From positions 1,922,001 to 1,986,000 of the forward strand of contig BQFW01000013.1 in NCBI GenBank assembly GCA_020891255.1: DNA of 64,000 nt, read 5' to 3'. Below the pieces are notes generated by a model that was given only the letters and a program-made list of their open reading frames with translations, was not told the origin of the DNA and did not search any database. Shown piece after piece: positions 1 through 13,609 of this stretch (the stretch's first letter is position 1; each line of letters begins with the position of its first letter). The stretch comes from Entomortierella parvispora E1425 (lineage: Eukaryota; Fungi; Mortierellomycota). The translations under genes and the position numbers were made by a program.

Positions 1-1844
1 TATCTACTAACGCCAGAGTTTCCATCCTCAGCGTCCTCCTCATCCTCGTCCTCCTCTTTGCGGCCTCTGCCCCAAAAGCGACTCTCCGACCTTCGCACAA
101 ACCTGACCTTTGGCAGCAACTGCTCCACGAATTCCTTCATGGCCAGCTTCTCGTCCTCGTAGGTTGCCTGTGGCATCAGGTTTCCTCCCAACTCTCTCAA
201 CCCCGACCAATGTCGACCCATCCACTCGTACTCGGCAGCACCCATCAGATGCTTTACAGAGCCAAAATGGAACGACCGGAGACGAGACAAGGTCGCGAGC
301 TCATCCAGTCCAGCCTGGAGCGAAAAGTGCAAGGAGGTCTTGTTGGTTCGAGTCCCGACTTCTCTGTTCAAAGTGGTCGACTCGATAGAGAGTGCTCGAA
401 GATGGTGAAGCCTTCCAATCTGGGCCATGATGGCGCGCTGTTGGTCTTCGATCTTTGTCAGCGCTGGGACATCCACAATGTTGATATGTAGCATCTCGAG
501 CTTGGTGCATGCCCAATCCCTGATCTCCAGAGCACCGGCCGCAGGAGCAGCATCGTTCGCGTTCAAAGGAGGGTCAAAGAGATCTCTAGCCGCAACAACA
601 GTAGCACGCAGATCCTTCAGTTCAGAACAGTGCCAAAGGATCGACCGGACCTGGTGGCTCGTGACAAGAAGGCAATCGATAATGTCGAGCGAGACAAGCT
701 TGTTCCGCAGCCCATGCAGCCCATGGTCTCCCACAGCATGGCTTACAAAGACAACAGGACCTGCTCCGGCCAGAGCCTGTCCAACCTCATCGTCTGCGTC
801 TTCCAACATTCCGGGGCCTACGATTCGCTCAATGGTATGCCTGCCGATTAGGGTCTTATTCAAGTTGAGGTGGGTGACCTGGGGGGTTCTGGCCAACAAG
901 TCTGCGATATCAGCATCAGAGAGCTGGGTCCAGAAGAGGTCCAAATGGGTCAGTTTCTGAAAACGGAAATGCATGTCTGCACCCAGATTATTCACAAGGT
1001 TAGTGAAGTTCAAGATGGACCAGGAAAGCGATTGGAGCTGATCGCAATGATGGAGCAGTCGTGTTTGGTCCAGCAGGTTCATGCGACTGCCAAAGAGGAC
1101 CAACGTCTCGAGTTTTGGAAGCGACGGTTCAAAGTTGGAAGAGGCATAGGGCGAAATCGAAAAGCCTTCGGTCGTGAGCGGGTCAATCTGGACAATTGGC
1201 ACATACTCGCCTACTACTTCTTCTTGATCCTTGAGGACCGGCAGGGGCGGCTCCATAAAGTTGACATTGTGGAGTTCAAGATGGGGGACACGTTTGAGGA
1301 ACTTGTAAAAGTCTTGCGCCACGTTCGACTCTGCGCCGTCGCGGTCGTCGCGGGGTTTGATCAGGAAATCGTTGAGAACGAGGCGTTCAAGATTCTCGCA
1401 CTTTTGGAGTGCCTGGATGATCTCGTCGGTGAAGTCCTCGCCATTGTCCTGGAGCGAGTCTCTGCGGAGATAGACCTCCTTGAGCGTCTTTTGGCTCTGT
1501 AGCAAGAGCTGACAGACTTGAGGGCCCAGGCAGCGCATGACCAGCTTTTCGAGGCGACAGCACCCTGGGATCAGTTGGTCCACCAGGTACAAGTCCAGGC
1601 AGGTGAGCTCAAAGATATGGTTGGCATTTCGATGGAGGGTTTCGGTAGAGGGGCAGAGGGACGGGTCCTTGCTGATCTTCCATCGCTGAGGCAGTGGCAC
1701 CTTGCTCCAGAGCAATGGGTTGAGGGCACTATTCCACGTGCTGCAGACACAGAGGCAGACGAGGAGCTCGTTCCTTGAGAGCAGAGGACCGACAAGTATT
1801 AGAATTTCGGGGAGTAACAGCGGGTTCTTTCCTGGCAGAGTCAT
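1..1844 (-). CDS. F-box domain / LRR-like protein, 3'-partial (runs off window start)
   Basis: ATG at 1844 reads MTLPGKNPLLLPEILILVGPLLSRNELLVCLCVCSTWNSALNPLLWSKV (F-box pattern LPEIL..V...L....L..C..V...W). Frame spot-checked open at ~1499 (QSQKTLKEVYLRRDSL) and at 59-3 (KEEDEDEEDAEDGNSGVSR). It is absent from the ORF track because no stop lies inside the window; the + strand ORFs here are its antisense shadows. Confidence 0.8.
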   Translation of the reverse strand, partial: MTLPGKNPLLLPEILILVGPLLSRNELLVCLCVCSTWNSALNPLLWSKVPLPQRWKISKDPSLCPSTETLHRNANHIFELTCLDLYLVDQLIPGCCRLEKLVMRCLGPQVCQLLLQSQKTLKEVYLRRDSLQDNGEDFTDEIIQALQKCENLERLVLNDFLIKPRDDRDGAESNVAQDFYKFLKRVPHLELHNVNFMEPPLPVLKDQEEVVGEYVPIVQIDPLTTEGFSISPYASSNFEPSLPKLETLVLFGSRMNLLDQTRLLHHCDQLQSLSWSILNFTNLVNNLGADMHFRFQKLTHLDLFWTQLSDADIADLLARTPQVTHLNLNKTLIGRHTIERIVGPGMLEDADDEVGQALAGAGPVVFVSHAVGDHGLHGLRNKLVSLDIIDCLLVTSHQVRSILWHCSELKDLRATVVAARDLFDPPLNANDAAPAAGALEIRDWACTKLEMLHINIVDVPALTKIEDQQRAIMAQIGRLHHLRALSIESTTLNREVGTRTNKTSLHFSLQAGLDELATLSRLRSFHFGSVKHLMGAAEYEWMGRHWSGLRELGGNLMPQATYEDEKLAMKEFVEQLLPKVRFVRRSESRFWGRGRKEEDEDEEDAEDGNSGVSR

Positions 1845-2107
1845 GGCGGAGAAGGGGAATCAACTCTGGACGAGATGAAGAAAGGATGCATTGCGAAGAG
1901 GAGGGGGGTCAAGGGAGGAGGGATGATGAGCCGATGGCAGAGTCATCAACAGTGAATCTATTTTGGGCGCAAAGACTTTCCGTCGTGGACTCTCTTGGTG
2001 GCACAGAGTCAGGACCCTTGAGATCCCATGCCGTGGTTAAATTGGAGATGAAGGGATAAATCGTGGGTAAATAAACAAGGCGCGCTACGGATCAGGGACC
2101 TTCCCAG

Positions 2108-3491
2108 TTACAGCTTCTCGCTCTTCTCGCTGCTGCAGATGCTCGACGCCCGCGATCGGCCGGGGGATGTGGCGCTGACCATCTCGGGCGAGGCTCGACC
2201 TAGGATAATTGAACCCAGCGTGTTGATACTGTGCATGCTCCGGATACTCATCGTCTCAGGGTTTGCGCGGCTGGCCCGACTAGCCCACACGTTCTCTAGA
2301 TCCTCATCAAGGGTGCTTTCTCGGTAAAACATTCCCAGAGAGGACAGAGATGAGAATGATGGGTTCTGCGATGTGAGTGCGGGCAGAGAAGTATTACTAC
2401 CGTTACTACTGTTGTTGTCGCAGCTGCTGAGGCCTTGGTAAGGGTTCGTGCCCGCTCTCCATCGTCCTCTGCCTCCCCACCTAGTTTCCCGGAACCACTT
2501 CCAGGCGCGGCTCACAACCGTGCTTGGCCTTGGCTGGTTCCTCAGGTCACGAATCAGCACCAACAGGGACCACCCGTGCACCAGTGCCACGACCAGCTCC
2601 AGGACTGTCACAGCCACCATTGAGTGACCCTTTGCTGTATCACCCAACTCTGCTGCGGACCCTCCATTGCTACCCACCTCTACATCCAAAGGCAGTCTCT
2701 TCCGAACTTCTGTGCTCAACACCAGCATGAAGAGCACCGAGACCAAGGACAGGATGCGAAAGATGAACCGAAGGCACCAAATCGCAAACGCCACCTGCGT
2801 CAACCGAAGAGAACGACGGGTGGCCACCATGAGTCCCACACCATTGTCGATGATGGACAAGGAGGAGATGACCAAGAGTGTGTAGATAGCGGCCGCCTCT
2901 GCCTGTCCATCTCTATCTACTTCTGGGTTGCGCACAAGTCGGATCTGGCCAAAGAGGGGGAGGGTCGCGCGAGGGATCTTTCTCAGAAGCAGTTTGTTGT
3001 TGTTCTTCTCTTTGGTCACGTTTTTTTGGGGGTCACGGACGTTGTTGTTGTTGTCCTTGCTATCCTTGGCATTGTTGTCACTCTTCAGGCGGCTGTGCGG
3101 CAAGGTGAGCTGTCCAAACGAGTTTTCAGCACTAAATGTGAGTTGTGGAGGCTCTGAGGCAGGGATGGCGTTTCCTGATAGTATAGGAAGCGCCGTGATG
3201 GGATTGCCTAAGTTGCAAAAGGGAGTAGGTTAGAGAAGGAGATGGTTTTGAAGGTCAGAAATAAGGAAGAGAAAGAAAAAGAGGGCGAGCTAACAAACAA
3301 GGCAGGGGTATGGCTGTACTTGGTGCGCTGAGGGAGAGGGATTTGATCTCTTGGCTTGTCGACTGGATGATGTTGAGTGCATAGTAAGCCCCGTAGAGCG
3401 AGACCAGTGCAACGACGAGGCGGGGCCAATTGTAGGCCAACCTCCTCCAGTATCTACTTGCTTCTGTGGTCTCATATGCTGGCGAGGGCAT
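2108..3491 (-). CDS. Hypothetical multi-pass membrane protein (2 exons: 3491-3320, 3207-2108)
   Basis: ATG at 3491 (MPSPAYETTEASRYWRRLAYNWPRLVVALVSLYGAYYAL), a phase-1 GT..CTAAC..TAG intron at 3319-3208, and an in-frame join to ORF 2108-3103, which has several hydrophobic helices. No family recognised. Confidence 0.65.
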
Positions 3492-3691
3492 GGTGAGGAT
3501 GCCGGAGGGAGGTGTGAGGTGTCGTCCCTGAAGACACTGAAGAAGGCCAAAAAAAAAAAAAATGCTTGAGTGAGAAAGAGACAGAGAAAAGAGAAGGATA
3601 AAAGACAAAAGGGGACAAAAGACGAAGGTCGTTAGTGCGGGAGGCGGGAGGCAGGAGACGGTAACGAAGGAAGGGCGGAAGGAGAGAAAAC

Positions 3692-3722
<31 letters not shown>

Positions 3723-3866
3723 TGGGGGTGTGGGCTGTTTCTTTTCTCAATTGCATGGGGCGACTGTGCCCATCCTTCTTCTCCCTAATTTGATTTTGCA
3801 TCACAGCCACGATGAGCAATAGTCCAATTATCAAAATAAGCAACAGCTTCCATGGAAGAACTGTTT

Positions 3867-6800
3867 TTATTGTCCCGCCTTCAAAAAGCAAGGGATACCA
3901 TAAACTACAGACGCGGCGCCTACTAGGTACTTCAGCCTGCAAGTGTCCCTTGCACCCTTCACAGCCTCTACCAGCGACAGCCTCAAAGGGCCTTGCATTG
4001 GCACATCCGCTACGATGCCACCAGCGATCGTTGAGTTTGCAGCGCTTAGGGAGGAGCTGCGAGCTTGTTCAACCTCGTTCGTTGCGCGTCCGTCCCGGTT
4101 CGAATCCAGTCCCCAAAGAGTAAACATGGACTTGCTGAATCGATCCAAGTCCCGGTCTGTCACGTCCCAGAGGTTAGCCACTAACGTGGGACTTCCAGCA
4201 AGAAGGTAGTGAATCACAGAGCCAGAGGGATCAAATTCGCCTTTGCCTTTCAGCGATCCAGAGCTGCAGCCAAGAAGCAGGGCCACGGCACAGTTGCCTA
4301 CACCCCGAATTTGCTGCGACCGAATGTACTGCTCTCCGCCAGAGTGACCAAAGTAGCTATAGAAGGTGCGGAGGTAAAAGGTGGTGTCACTATAAGTAAA
4401 TGCATGCATATTTAGCACGGTAGAAACCCGCAGGGTTGCAACCTACACATAGAGCTCATGCTGGGACAGTCCTCGTTCACATTCCAGGCTCATTGGCTCC
4501 CGTCCAATAACACCCTCCCACCCCTGCTGACTCTCCACATATTCCTTGAATTCTGCCTCCGTGTTCTTAAGATCGCCTCCAGGGTTGAGAACGTAAAACG
4601 TTTTCTTTGGGTCCACTTCGACATCCTTCCAAGGGACGGACAAAGTCAAAGCTGTTGGGTCCATGTCGATCTGTCTCTGCCATTGACTTCCTCCCATTGA
4701 CGATCCGATTGCATGTCTCTGTTGCAGGATACGATCCCGAAGCATCCAAATGGACGGCATCCTTGACACTGCCTCATCCCTCAAAACAGGGCAGGACTCC
4801 CATGGGAAGACCTGTAAATGTTTGTCGAGGATGAGGATGACATGGGCACCGTCATCAAAGCCGCCATTGTGGGCGGCAGCTTCAACTTCCCAGTATTGTC
4901 GAATGGCTTCATCAATTCTTGAGGCAATCCACTCAAATTTGCCTTCTGTATACTCGACGGACGACTGCATTGGTGAGGAATCAGGGGATGAGCATGCGGT
5001 GCCCTTGAGGAGGTAGGCGTCCATAAGCAAGTATATAATATCCTTGATCTCTGTCAAGGACGGCTTGTCTCCTAGGTTGAGGAATACCGCGCATAGATCG
5101 ATGTTGATTTCCAAGTGAAAGTCTGAACTTGATTGAGTCTTGACAGCCTCGAACATGATGGCTTCCAGGGAACTCTTGAATGCCCAGAGGTTCTTCTCTT
5201 GTGCAGGCGTATTGTGAGACTGAATAAGTCCTTTCAAACCGCAAAGCCATTGATCCTCCATGCTGTCCAACAGTTGACGTAACCGGTCATTCAGGTGCTG
5301 CCTTCGACTCCACCACTCTGCCTTCTCCTGCAGGGTCAACTCTGGATTCTGTGTTGATTCATGTTGTTTTCCATTGCCTGACACGGATGAAGTTACAGAC
5401 AGTGTTTCCTGACTTTCTTTCAATATATCCTGTAACTCGTCGTAGGCTTCCTTGAAGGAGAGGTAGTGCACACTGTCACCTCCATTAGGATTATTCAATC
5501 CGAGATTCGATTCGTCGCTCTCACGAAGCATGATGCGATTGAGAGGCAAGCGAATGACAATGGGCATGGCCTTTGCTCGCAGTCGTGTTACCAATAGGCA
5601 GTCGTTTTCAACATCCATCGACATGGAGACAACAACCCAATTGGAAGGGATGATGTCCACAACTTCCTCTTGGAATCCGCCGCGTCTCTCCTCCAACGAC
5701 GCATCACGAGCGTACGCGTCGTCCAGAATCTCCAGAAGCGGCCGCTCGTTACCCTTTGAGGTGGAGGGACGGAGGGCGTCATGACGGGACAGGAATTCCC
5801 GTTTGCCACGTCGGGTTTGCAAGTCGCTGGGCTTCATCCCGACCTCCAAAATGTCGAAGTTGGTTTCGTCGACTTCAGACATATCCAAATCCATTAATTC
5901 CGCAGAGTCGCTTGCCTTTAGTAGCCTCATGTTCAAGGGTCGGGGCTTCTGCAGAATATGGCCTCCAAAATTGTCTGGCCTATGCAAGCCTGTTGTAGGA
6001 GCCTTCAGGAGTTTGCTAGGACAGATATCTTGAGGCCAAGACTGGTCTCCCCGCGAAAGGGCCGGGTTCAGCTTGTGCTTGATCAAGCCGCGCATCTCTC
6101 GCCGCTGTGTGATCGCCTTTGCCATTTCAAGGTTGAACGCGGCGTTAATAGCGGCTGCCCAAGGCCCTCCCAAAGACTTGGTCTCCAAAAGTATACTGGA
6201 TTCCATCAAGTCTAGTTGAGATTGCCACGTACAAATATCGGCCACTACATGGGGCGGGTTTGTATCAAGTGAAAGACGGTAGGCCTGCTTCAGGTGACTC
6301 TTGGCCTCATAGATTACTTCCAAGAACTTGTCGGACGACTGCGCAACCTCAACCCCACTTGACTCTCGCAGTCCGTTGGCCACAGGACTAAGTAGCGCCG
6401 CCTGACGTGCTGATCGGCGCCGAGCGGTTTTCGTCATTCGAACTGAGGGTGATAGATCCTGAGCATCTGGAAAGAGAAATGCTCGACTGGCATGCATGCT
6501 GGCAGAAGGAATAGGCGTCTTCTCGAGAAGACCCACTGATAGGACAGACTCTGGCAGCATATGGTATACAACATGGACAGACATCAGATCCTTCAGATAC
6601 ATCATCAACAGCTTTGCCATGGCCGTGTGGTATTCCGCAGAGGTAAGTGCAACGGGGTCCTGTTTCCTTGCTTTTTCCACCATGTCCATGGCTCCAGGCT
6701 CACCCATCTCGCCCATCAACAGGCCCATTCGATATCCCAATGATGCCTTCATTTCGCTGAGAGCAAGACACTCAAGATCTCCCTGATCTGGAGTCATTGA

Positions 6801-9800
6801 CGATAAAAGAGGAAGACCGATGTCGGAGCGAATGCGCGAAAGATTCAGGTTTGCAGAAACTGGACGTCGATCGTAAATCTGGACCATCTTCTTCTCTCTT
6901 GGTGTCTGTGGCTCACGAATGACGAGTTCTTCCAGCGCAGATATGAACTTCTTGTCCATCAGATGGGTAAGGACACCGTCCGTCTTGAAATAATCCTTCA
7001 CTGCCAGATCGTTGACGCCCATGGCCATGCGAAGGTCCCCTTGGACCATCCGCACTTTCGCATCCTGGATCTCCCATACCAGAGCTTTGCTTGTGCCTGA
7101 CGCAGTCTCTTGCTCCTTTAGGATAAGTTCCTTGAGGAGCAGTTCACTTTCCTGCCATTCGTGTTCCCGAATGCAAAACTCGACGTGGTCCAGAGTAAAT
7201 TGGTCCACTGACTTGCCTGCTTTGGAAAGAAGAGCGATATGCTTCCCTTCCTCTCTGAAATACTGAGCCTCCCGAGCGCAGCCTTGAATCAAATAAAGTG
7301 ATGCGAGCTGATGATAGGCGTCAACTAGGAGCCTGAAGACAGGCCACTGGTATCTCAGGCTCGCTAGATTTTCTAACCCTTGACGCAGCTTTCTAGTCTC
7401 ACTTTGTGATTCGTCCTCTGAATGCTGCTTGGTCCGATCGGTCGGTTCTTCTGGGTCCAAGAAAGGATTTTCCATAGGTTGGTGTGCAATAATATCTTTG
7501 TCTCTATGGGCCGCTTCAACCGCCGCAGACACTGTAGCAATAATGCTACTAAGTTGTCGAACAGCACGAATGGCATCCAGGATTGCTTCAGAAACATTGC
7601 CTTCGCCATGAAGCAGTCGTGATCTAGCTAATGAGGCTTCTGCAAGTGCCAGAGTTTTGCGAGCCATCATGTCTGCTTTTCTCGATAGTAATCCACCTTT
7701 GGAGTTGCGGTCGGATGTATTGGTTTTTCCAGATTGATGTTCAGATGCAGCCCTTCGTTCAAACTCGGACATATCCTTCCGTGCGTAGTTGAAAACTTCG
7801 ACGCCCTCTGCCCTTCGTCCAATGGCCATGAGATAAAGACTTCGCGAAAGCGACCAGGTGACTCCAACCTCGCTTTCCAAGGCTGTCGGCCGTTCAGATA
7901 TCCGCCTTATTTCATCCAAGATCCGCCTACTGTGTCCAAGTGCTGCCTTGGCTTTGCCTGTGTAACCCAAGGCAAGGTAGCCTTGGGCCATCCTTGAATA
8001 TATCCGAGCAGCATCTAAGAATACAATACCGCTTATTAGTGTTTAAAATAATAGTAAGATGTGGTCCAGAGCATGCGGATCAAAACATACCTAGACAGGT
8101 CGCCTCAGAAACAGGAAGTACTCCATTGCAAAGGCGAAGCATGAGCCAATGGATCTGAACCTGCATGATTTTGTAATCAATCACGCCCAGACAGTCCGCA
8201 AGCATCTGTAAATGCTCGTAGAGAAATTCGGGGTCTGGTATCTTCACTAGGACCTTTTCGACTTTCGCCCGATGGTCTGGCACGTTGGCGTCTTGAACCG
8301 AGTAAAAGCACTCCACTTCTGAAAGTATTATCTCCCAGAGCTTAAGGGCGATTTGAAAAGGCTTTGATTTCCTCCTGAGGCCATCGTCTCTGTTACGATC
8401 CAAGATGCCATACCAAGTATACGCCATAGCCAAGTTGTGGTTCAGGACGTGGACCAACTCAGAGTCAGCCTTCAAATCTCTTTCCTTCAAGATATCGATC
8501 GCTTCATCCACATATCCCATAGCTTCCTGTTGTATTGTCCTGTCCGGGTTGGCCTGAGAGAGTGCCGCGAGCTGGATCAGAACTCGAGCTCTGCGAACAG
8601 GATGTGCCAAAGCGCGACCGCCTACGAATACATGTTTCCGCAGATGGGTCAAAATTTCGATTTGCTCCTGATTCCGTTGCCCAATTCGACTGGCTTTGAT
8701 CCCAAGAATAGACAAAAGTCCACACTCAAACTCTTGAATGGCACCTCGATAAAATAGAGGCATGCATGGCTGGGCCATTTTGTCCATGAATGTTGGCGCG
8801 GATGTCACCACCGATTCAAATCGAGATCCCTCCTTTGTTAAAATGGCCCTTGCTCGACGATTGAGTAACTTGGCAATAAGTGTGGTGGGATTCCTCATGT
8901 CATCTAGTGTAAGACCATCGACAAGACGAAGTTCTTTCAATGGTAAGACACAGAGACCGGCATTGAAACTCTCCACAGCCCGGTTTGGTTTGTCGACAGC
9001 CAGAAAACAAACACCAAGGACTTCATATCTGTTCGCTAGGGCCGTCCTTGCTTTGACCTGATCTCCACTTTGAGGTCTATCATCACTTGTAGCAGCTTTG
9101 TCGTGAGGATCGTCTTTGCATATCCAATCTCGATATGCAGAAATTGAAAATTCCAATGGACCAATCGCGGCGATCTGGTTGCCGGCTTTGAAAAGAGAAC
9201 CGCCATAGTTGTACATGGCATTGGAAATATAAGGCAGCGATTCGTAATCGCCCATCTCTTTTGCTATAACAACTGCAGAGTCCAGTAGGGTCAAGATATT
9301 GCTGGGTGCCACATATCTGGGCCTAAGTGTCAAGTGACTCAATAGTCGGAAAAGGAGCAAAAGTGCATCCACTCTGGCGCCGGATAGTTTCACAGGCGAT
9401 GGACAGGATTTTGGATCTGAGGTATACCATGACTATGATCAAAATGGCGGGAGTTCAGTTTCACAGTCAACATTATCAACAAATTTAAAGCTATCATGAC
9501 GACCGCCTACCAAATAAGATGTGTGTCCTTGCCGCCACAGTCCTGCCGTGACGTCGGACAAGAGTTCTAATACTGGCTCAATTGACTGTAGGAGCTGTAC
9601 ATATTTAGTTGCGCCGATTTGACTTTGTGAAGTGGGGCAAAGGTCATCTCTGGAAGCCACAGCTTTGCTGCATGCAATCTTCTCATAGCTGTCCATGCCC
9701 TTGGAGCCGATTGTTCGTAGCGTATCCATCGATCGAAATATCCTTGCAATATTTTGTAATGTTGCCAATGCGATCTGCTCCTTCGGAAATGCGGAAAGCG

Positions 9801-12114
9801 ATTGTTCCAATGATGTGAGCACTGTCTTGGTGTTTTCGACACACGTCTCAAGCTCAGAAGCTGCAGTAGATGTAAGATTCAAGTGTTTGTTTGGGAGCAC
9901 AATTAGTTGATATTCCATAGCAGAGGCTCATCAGCACGGAAGACTGTATTAATTACCTGTTCTTGACTGTGAAAGCCAATCCTGTAAACACTCTTCGTAT
10001 TTTCGCAACGTTTTGACCGCTTCATCCAAACAAGCCACGACTTTCTCACTTGCTTGTGCATCGACTGGGACCACATTGTCGCCCAACGATGAAGGAGGAC
10101 TAGGGGCAGAGACAGAGATAGTTGATGTAGGCAAATTGCGAGAATATTCAGATGATGAATTATTGAGCAGAGGTTCAGGATCCTTCATATCGCAATCATC
10201 CTGAGGTGACCGAATGCTTTGAACAAATTGTGCGGCTGTAATATCTTTGGTCTAGAAAGCGAGGAGAACGTAAGTCGACCGGATTATGCCGATCGTTCTT
10301 AATTTTGATATAAAAAGTTTCGTTACCTTTCGGGCTAGGTATGCGAAATGGTCGCACCATGATTGAAAGCAAGGGTTCTTCAAATCAACCCTCCATTGAC
10401 CTCGGATAAATTCGAAGATGGATGTGTACTCTTGGACAATGACAGCACCGTCCTGCGGATTCTTGTCATCTTTGGTCTCTTTATCACACTCCACTCCACA
10501 TCTCAAAAGTTTTTCCCAGACCGTCCCATTGATAATTCCAGAAGCGTTGCTGAAGGTAGCGAAGTATCGCATAGCGAGTATTCGAAGCAAGAAAGCTTGT
10601 CGGTGACCCTCTATAGGAGGCAAACTCAAGTAAACTTAGAATAATGTCCACTTGATGTTTCATATCCCTGGGGCATATGTAACATACCACTCGAACGATT
10701 TGCCTCTACAACCTTGCCAGCTGCAATAAAAAGAAGTCGGAAAAGAGCATCCAGTGGTCTGTGCGCTGCTTGAGGTTGAATCTTTGCCAGGTACATGCAC
10801 CAGTCCAAGGGCGAGTCCCGCTGTTGCATCATTTCGTGGAGGTACTATTGAAGTCATATGTTAGATGTAGTGCTTGCAGTCATTAGACAAAAGTCATCAT
10901 CCATATGCACTTACATGGGCCAAAGCTCCGTTCCTCGCGTCGATCCAGCATCGAACTGCGTTATTATGCAATGCAAGTACTAAAAGAACAAATGTCTGGA
11001 CAGGATCGGCGCAACTCGCCGACCGCGCCACTTCTGATAGTTTTGGATTTCCCGACTTTAATGCGTGTGGGAACGGAAACCGGAGAAGGTCCCGGTATGC
11101 AGTTATAGGGCTATCGAGATCTTCACCAACGCTTCCTCGTTGACCACGCCGGACGTTGTTCTTGACCTCCTCGTCCTTGGCCACTAGGTCCGCCTCGCCC
11201 CAAATGATCTGTGCGCTCTGAAGCAAACGGTCGCGTAAAAATCCCAGCTCTTCAAATGCCCTTTTTTTCTAGAAAGACATAAAGCAGACAGTGCACATGG
11301 TCAGCATGTGCAGGCGGTGTGGTTCCCCTTTTCACCGCAACATTGTTCCCATTGATCTTACCATTCCGATCTCAATGGTTTTGGTGATGAGGTTCGATCG
11401 TGCCTTTTCTATATCAAACAAGCCAGTCGAAACACTGTCATCCATTGCTTCAAGGGTTCCAACAGCCAAAAAGCTGATCTCCACAAGCTTGGGAATATGG
11501 TCGTAGCAGGGCAGTTGAGGAACATTGGGACTTGGCGCCTCTGTGGACAGTCCAGCACTGGACGCAACCCCCAGATCCTTTTGTTTCTGGGTTAGATTTC
11601 CTTGAGTAGATGCGGATGAAGAGGGTCGCGATGCCAGTGCCTTTTTTGATCCGGTGAAGTTCATGGTCGCACGATCCGATCCGCTCGAGCCGCGGGTCCT
11701 GGGTGCTAGTCTAATTTTGGCGAGCACAGCAGATGTCGAGGGTGCTGGCAAGGCTTGATCTGTCCTTGAGGTTGCTCTTGCAACACGAGGACGAGCTGCG
11801 ATCTTTGTTGCGCCAGCGTCTACGGACGCGGCTTTTGTTGCTGAGGTTGTTTGCACAGATTTTTCAGGACTTGGGGTCTTGGTGGTGGGTGGAGCGGAGG
11901 CTGCGTTCTCATGCACCTTGGACCATTGAGTAAGTGTCGACATGCACATGTTAACTAGGCGTTTGATTTGTTTCCCCCGAGACGAGCTGTCGCCGCGTTC
12001 CTGTCGGTTTGGATCGAGTAATCGTTTTACATCCTCGACCAGGTTGTCATGGTAATGACGTGGATCAGCAAGACTATCGATGATGACATCGAGGGGATCT
12101 CGTTGTGTTGCCAT
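3867..12114 (-). CDS. ESP1: Separase (peptidase C50), multi-exon
   Basis: C-terminal catalytic motifs VYFGHSGG (His, joined across the intron near 4446-4352) and LLLGCSSG (Cys), plus LVANLWDVTDRDLDRF, LILDKHLQVFPWES and YVLNPGGDL. Long helical N-terminal exons lie in ORFs 11332-12114, 10897-11226, 10252-10832, 9949-10188, 9439-9918, 8080-9393 and 4443-7991. Confidence 0.95.
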
Positions 12115-12376
12115 TGTCCAAATGTCGAATGTCCAATGGAGACGTTGTAGTTAAGATGTAATTGTTGTTGTTGGTATTGTTGTTCTAATGAGATGTGAAT
12201 GCGCGGCCAAGGACGGGCGCATCAAGTAGTCCCAGGAGAAGGGAGCAAGTGAGGACGAAATGAAGAAGAGCAACTGAGAATGACAGATGGATAAGGTAGA
12301 TGGATGATGGCGAGTGAAGGCGAAGAATGCATGTGCCTCGGGGAGTCAACAAACATCATCAAAGCCACCGGCCGGC

Positions 12377-12435
12377 ACGCGACGCGTTTCTCGCCCCCAG
12401 GCGGGAGCCTCACCTCAAGATGGGACGCGACGCGT
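12377..12435. promoter_or_regulatory. Two copies of ACGCGACGCGTT (double MCB-like cell-cycle boxes) upstream of separase
   Basis: Exact 12-mer at 12377 and 12425, each containing ACGCGT, about 260-320 bp upstream of the ESP1 ATG. Confidence 0.55.
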
Positions 12436-13609
12436 TGAAGCAGGGGGACGTTGACAAACTGGGTCTGGAACGCCATCTTGTCGCCACTCTTTCGAAGTTG
12501 CGTTTCCCTTTATTTGTTTGTTCCAATCGCATTTCATCCGACCGTTCTCAACTCGCTTTTTTTTCTCTCCGACAGCATGGACGTCACAAGCATCTGTGTC
12601 GCAAGAGACAAACTCCGCGGATGGACGAACCTCGGTCCTCTCGTCGCTTTGAGTGTGAACAACTGTTGACGTCTTTTGTAAGATGCTGCATGGTTCCTGT
12701 ACTTCCAGATATCTCCCTCCCTCCTGTGCCTTTCAAGCTTTTGTGAGAGCTGTCAGACACAACACAGGAGGGCCTCTTTGCACCGATGGGGACCGCCCAG
12801 GGTTCGGCACCCATCAAAGTAAGCCAACAGTCAGATTCTTGCCCCGCAGCAGCGCCAATTGTCACTCGCGCGCGCTCAAAAAAATCTCTAAAACCGCGTG
12901 GCAGTGCCCACACACACTGTTCAGGGGGCGGCATAGAAGTGCTCTCAACTCCTTGGCTATCCAAGGGACGGGGCTTAGTTTGTGTTCACTTCCCTTTCTT
13001 TTACCACGAAGAGATGCTAAATTTAGTTTTTTTTTACATCACCTGCGTTGAACTACATGTACCAGGGCAGGCAGGCAGACAAACATGCAAACGGTCATTC
13101 ACGGATGAAAAGACAGCCGGACAAGCAGCGCAGCAGCACTGCAAGGGAGGGAAAAAGGGTGGGACACCAGGAGAGGATAGGAAACGATGGAAGCGATGGA
13201 AGAGATAAAAAAAGAGCAAAAAGAGAAAACTAGAGGGAGAGGCAGTGGGAAAGAGAGAGAACTTGGACCAGATGGTCAAGCATTCTGGCACTGCAAAAGG
13301 CAAGGGGCATTGTGAGGACGTCTTTTGTTCCCATCAACAACAGCCAAGTACAAATACACCTCGGGGTTTGCGTGCGCATATTTTGGTTTTTTTTCTTCTC
13401 TCTTCTCCCTCTCTTTTCTTTTTTCCTTTTTTTTCCCTCTTCTCTTCCTCTTCTTGTCCTTCAACCCACACTTCACTTCCACTCACTCTTCCGCGCTTCA
13501 TATATTTTATCACTGGGAGCTGTAGTCTTTGTCATCTTTTGCATTTTTTTCATTTTCATTTTCAAAAAAACACCTTCCCCTCTCTTTCCCGCCTTTCTTT
13601 TTCGTCTCA

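Noticed and set aside
427-2059. Plus-strand ORFs of 86-210 aa
   Set aside because: They are antisense to the F-box gene and have no motifs; typical codon-bias shadows.
13200-13470. Purine-rich and pyrimidine-rich tracts that could pair or form H-DNA upstream of the C2H2 gene
   Set aside because: Only about 9 bp of exact complementarity in low-complexity sequence; not distinguishable from chance.
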